Shown here one piece after another: positions 62,381-64,000 of a stretch of DNA of 64,000 nucleotides. Made by a program: the position numbers and the translations under genes. The number at the start of each line of letters is the position of its first letter. The stretch's first letter is position 1. The notes beneath the pieces were generated by a model that was not told the DNA's origin, ran no database searches, and was given only the letters and a program-made list of their open reading frames with translations. The stretch is from Massalongia carnosa (taxonomy: Eukaryota). The stretch covers positions 186,001-250,000 of the forward strand of contig OZ287080.1 in assembly GCA_965645245.1 (NCBI GenBank), written 5' to 3'.

Positions 62381-62948
62381 AGGGCGTAGAGCCTCTTCTC
62401 GCCGTGTAGGGTCTCGCATTTGGCATTGCTCGCAACTCCGCACGTAGGCCTTGACATGGGCATGAAGATCTTTCCACCAGTAGCGGTCAGCAATCCTACG
62501 ATAAGCCCCCTTCTTCCCTTGTGACCACTCTCATCATGTAATTCTTCATAATTTCCTGCCTCTTCTTATCATCGTCTACCACTCTTCTTATGGGGACATT
62601 CTTATTGTTCTGACGGAACAGCTTTCTTTCTTGCACACAATATCTCATCGCTTCTTTCTTGAACTTATAAAACTCTTTCCTTCTCATATCGGTTGGTCTC
62701 TGTAAGCTTGTAAAATAGATGGCGATTCGTTGAGATTTTCTGAATAGCTCTCCTGTAAGGGTAGTTCGTCGTAACGGAGATAGGGGCAACTCTTAGAGAT
62801 CCTAGTTCTGCATCGATAAAATCTTCTATGTCTTCTTTCATCTTTCTCTCGTATATAGTCTTCGGTACGAGGTTTACAAGACATTCCATCAGCTGCTGTA
62901 TGCTTTTTGCCCGCAATGTGCTTCATGTCGAAATCGAAGAGTTGAATC
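62380..62948 (-). pseudogene. Gypsy pol fragment (RNase H end / integrase zinc-binding region)
   Basis: IQLFDFDMKHIAGKKHTAADGMS and following integrase-linker sequence; frameshifted. Confidence 0.7.
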
Positions 62949-64000
62949 TATGAAATATAAATTCACTTTGTAGGTATAGTAGCATGATTGTCATTGAAGG
63001 TAATTATCTATGTGGGCTATTTGTCTGCTTTATATAGCAGTCACAAAACAGTCACATCTAGGAGCCCTGACGATCAGACCTTGTCCCCCTGACGGTCAGA
63101 CCTTGTCTCCCATATCTGCTTTTTTCTTTTTTAGGCACATTGCAAGGCACCTCCCGAACTGCCTGTTAGGCACCTCCTATAGATGCCTGGCAGGCACCCG
63201 TGGGACTCACGATGGATGCCTATATTAGTGGTCGTCTGACCATCTAACCGATGGTAGCCTTACCATTTAACACTCCCATTCAGCCTTCTTTGAGACTATT
63301 CGGGAATTAATTTCCTCTTTGAGCTTAGCTCATGCCAAGCATTGCAAAGGGTTTAGCGGCCAGTAGCTTCGTAAGCCCATCTGCCACATCTTTGGTTCTT
63401 TAACACCCAGCGACCGGTGATCACCTTTCGATCAGTCGGTGCCCTTTCTAGTGTCCAAGTTTCATTCTCCACTAGCGATTGATACTCGGTCTCCATGGCC
63501 TTTCTCCATTGATCCCAGTGGGGTGAGGACATAGCCTCTTTCAGTGTCAAAGGATCAGCGAGGCCCTCATTGTCCTCGCCTCCTGCCAGGGTTGTTAGCA
63601 CCCGCACCATGTGCTCATGGGATTTCGGGACCTGGTTTGAACTGAATACGGTGTTGATGCTGGGACGAATGTTCTCCAGTGCTCTTTGACTGGGGACCCT
63701 TATTCGTCCAGATCTTCGAGGTTCGATGGGCTGGCGAGGAATGTCCTCCACTTCATCGGAGTCACTCCCCCCCCCATTCTCCTCGTCGGTGTTGATGCTG
63801 GGACGGATGTTCTCCAGTGTTCTTTGACTCGGGACCCTTATTCGTCCAGATCTTCGAGGTTCGATGGGCTGGCGAGGAATGTCCTCCACTTTATCGGAGT
63901 CACTCTCCCCCCCATTCTCCTCTTCGGTGTTGATGCTGGGACGGATGTTCTCCAGTGTTCTTTGACTGGGGACCCTTATTCGTCCAGATCTTCGAGGTTC
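62949..64000 (-). mobile_element. Copia remnant: 3' LTR (about 62949-63272), PPT and deleted pol running off the window
   Basis: Minus-strand GAATGGGAG followed by TGTT; DPLTLKEAMSSPHWDQWRKAMETEYQSLVENETWTL...VITGRWVLK. Confidence 0.85.
63650..64000 (-). repeat. 138-bp (46-aa) coding tandem repeat in the Copia IN-RT linker
   Basis: GGTGTTGATGCTGGGACG at 63650, 63788 and 63926. Confidence 0.92.

Noticed and set aside
1..64000. tRNA or rRNA genes
   Set aside because: None recognised by eye; no covariance search was possible

Overview
Eukaryotic DNA from a filamentous ascomycete (short 45-70 nt GT-AG introns with CTAAY branch sites). It is an accessory, transposon-dense region with no housekeeping genes. 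The best-preserved gene is an intact four-exon fungal NLR (patatin phospholipase - NB-ARC - 24 near-identical 42-aa TPR repeats, 3715-9334). It lies directly downstream of a decayed DUF3435 tyrosine recombinase (Starship 'captain'-like, minus strand, about 10.2-12.5 kb), so the left part of the window looks like a degenerate Starship with NLR cargo. The rest is a nested stack of mobile elements: Crypton, a DIRS/Ngaro-like YR element, two Copia remnants, a full-length chromoviral Gypsy with LTRs and TSD, three MULEs, pogo/Fot1 elements, two Tc1/IS630-like elements that appear to duplicate CNG rather than TA, and solo LTRs. The non-TE genes between them are mostly defence-flavoured: a ZNFX1/NFX1-like N-terminal fragment, an OTT_1508-like deaminase, a pseudokinase-like/IFI6-IFI27-like fusion, an intact RTP-like zf-3CxxC protein, and a single-pass membrane protein with a predicted cytosolic collagen tail. 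Most are disrupted. All domain calls were made by eye from motifs; no searches were run.
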